64,000 nt of DNA from NCBI GenBank assembly GCA_964234715.1, contig OZ174280.1, one strand, 5' to 3'. The notes under the pieces are model-generated. The model was not told the origin of the DNA. It was given only the letters and a program-made list of their open reading frames with translations, and ran no database searches. The DNA comes from Podarcis melisellensis (lineage: Eukaryota). A program made the position numbers and the translations under genes. Shown one piece after another: positions 62,831 to 64,000 of this stretch (the first letter of the stretch is position 1; each line of letters starts with the position of its first letter).

Positions 62831-63896
62831 TACGTTTAGGATCACACTAATAATAATAACAATAATAATGTAAACACTTCAGTCCTAAGCACACTTATTA
62901 GTAAACAATTCTCATAAATTGGCCTTGCAAAGAGATGGGCCATTAGTCTATATATCCCACTATCCCCCTCCCCAGTCTGATGCCTTCAGAATGTTCTGAA
63001 CTCCTGTCATCTCTGACTCTTGGCCTTGCTATAATCCAAAATATCAGGAGGGCACTAGGTTAGGGAATGATGGACAGCAACTAGCAGCACTCTCCAGAAT
63101 TTCACACAGTCTTTCCCACATCTGCATGGAAAGACTCAGGACAGAAGCTGAGACTGTCTGCAATCGGATCATGCACTGCACCACCAAGCTACGGCCCTGC
63201 CATTATTTGCTCAGCTATCAGTTTTCTAGCAACAACAATGAGTTTGGTTTTAAATGCAGCCTGTTGGAGTCTTGGAGATGTGCTTAGCAAAATGAGTTTG
63301 AGAGAGCAAGAGCTCCCCTGCAGCTTCATTCTTCAGCATGACAAGTACAAGCTATTATGTGATGTGCTCTGGCTGTATGTGGAGCGTGGCTGTCACCCAG
63401 TGGCCATTTTGTGCTGCTTCTTCTGCCTAGTTTGTGTGTCTGTTCTTATAAGCCTTTCCTTGTGATAACTGAGGACCAAACAAGATGTAGTGTTAAATGC
63501 GTATTTAGCAACGACTGGTGGCCATGTGTACTGATGGGTACTGGAGCCAGAGCCAATGGCAGGCAGTGCCACCCTCTGACTGGCTATAAGAAAGAAGGCA
63601 GGAAGGTGGAGACTGGCCATGGGCATGCTGAAATTGGTGGGATAGTGCCCCCATTTGTCGTAATGCACCAGCCTCCTTAAAAAAAAATACCAGTAGCAGC
63701 CACTGGCGTTGCAGCAGATGAGGAGGAGAATAACCATTGTCTCTCATGCTGCAGTCCTGATCAAAATTGCCCCTTTGACACTGCTGTTTGCTTCGGAAGA
63801 AAATCCCCCCACTGGTTCCATAAGTACATTTTATCCATTGTGTGATTTATTTCCATAACCAAGATTTTAGGTGACAGTAGCACAATACGCACAATA

Positions 63897-64000
63897 TGCG
63901 GGTTGCGCTGTGGGTTAAACTACAGAGCCTAGGACTTGCCAATCAGAAGGTTGGCAGTTTGAATCCCCACGACGGGGTGAGCTCCCGTTGCTCGGTCCCT
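63897..64000 (+). mobile_element. Sauria SINE 5' part, cut by the window edge
   Basis: gcgctgtgggttaaac.acagagcctaggacttgcc...gagctcccgttgctcggtccct. Confidence 0.88.

Noticed and set aside
1-64000. Most short ORFs in the supplied track
   Set aside because: They have no recognisable domains, many use non-ATG starts, and many overlap SINEs, MITEs or microsatellites. This is the expected noise in eukaryotic intronic DNA.

Overview
Vertebrate genomic DNA, very likely a lacertid-type lizard, judged from Sauria/POM-type SINEs, Squam3-like SINEs, BovB, L2, CR1, L1 and Penelope remnants. The only host protein-coding gene I can support is DLGAP4 (SAPAP4) on the + strand. Two coding exons are visible: the large start-codon exon (acceptor before 36357, ATG 36453, donor after 37406) and the next exon (57122-57339), which carries the first two GK-binding repeats. 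The rest appears to be intron or 5' region, densely filled with mobile elements, several with readable TIRs and target-site duplications. There is a 148-nt assembly gap at 12329-12476. Apart from DLGAP4 and the retroelement-derived frames, the ORF track looks spurious. I found no new protein-coding system. The most notable signals are non-coding: (i) a perfect 79-nt palindrome with no transposon hallmarks; (ii) decayed minimal hammerhead-ribozyme motifs in three Penelope remnants, one as an inverted pair; (iii) a small L1-type insertion with a twin-priming-like 5' inversion; (iv) inverted SINE/LINE pairs bracketing the exons (circRNA/dsRNA potential); (v) a CR1 interrupted by three separate insertions; (vi) convergent CTCF motifs, a candidate 5'UTR exon, a recursive-splice-like site and a minimal uORF. 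Repeat family names come from my recollection of consensus sequences and need a RepeatMasker/Dfam check.
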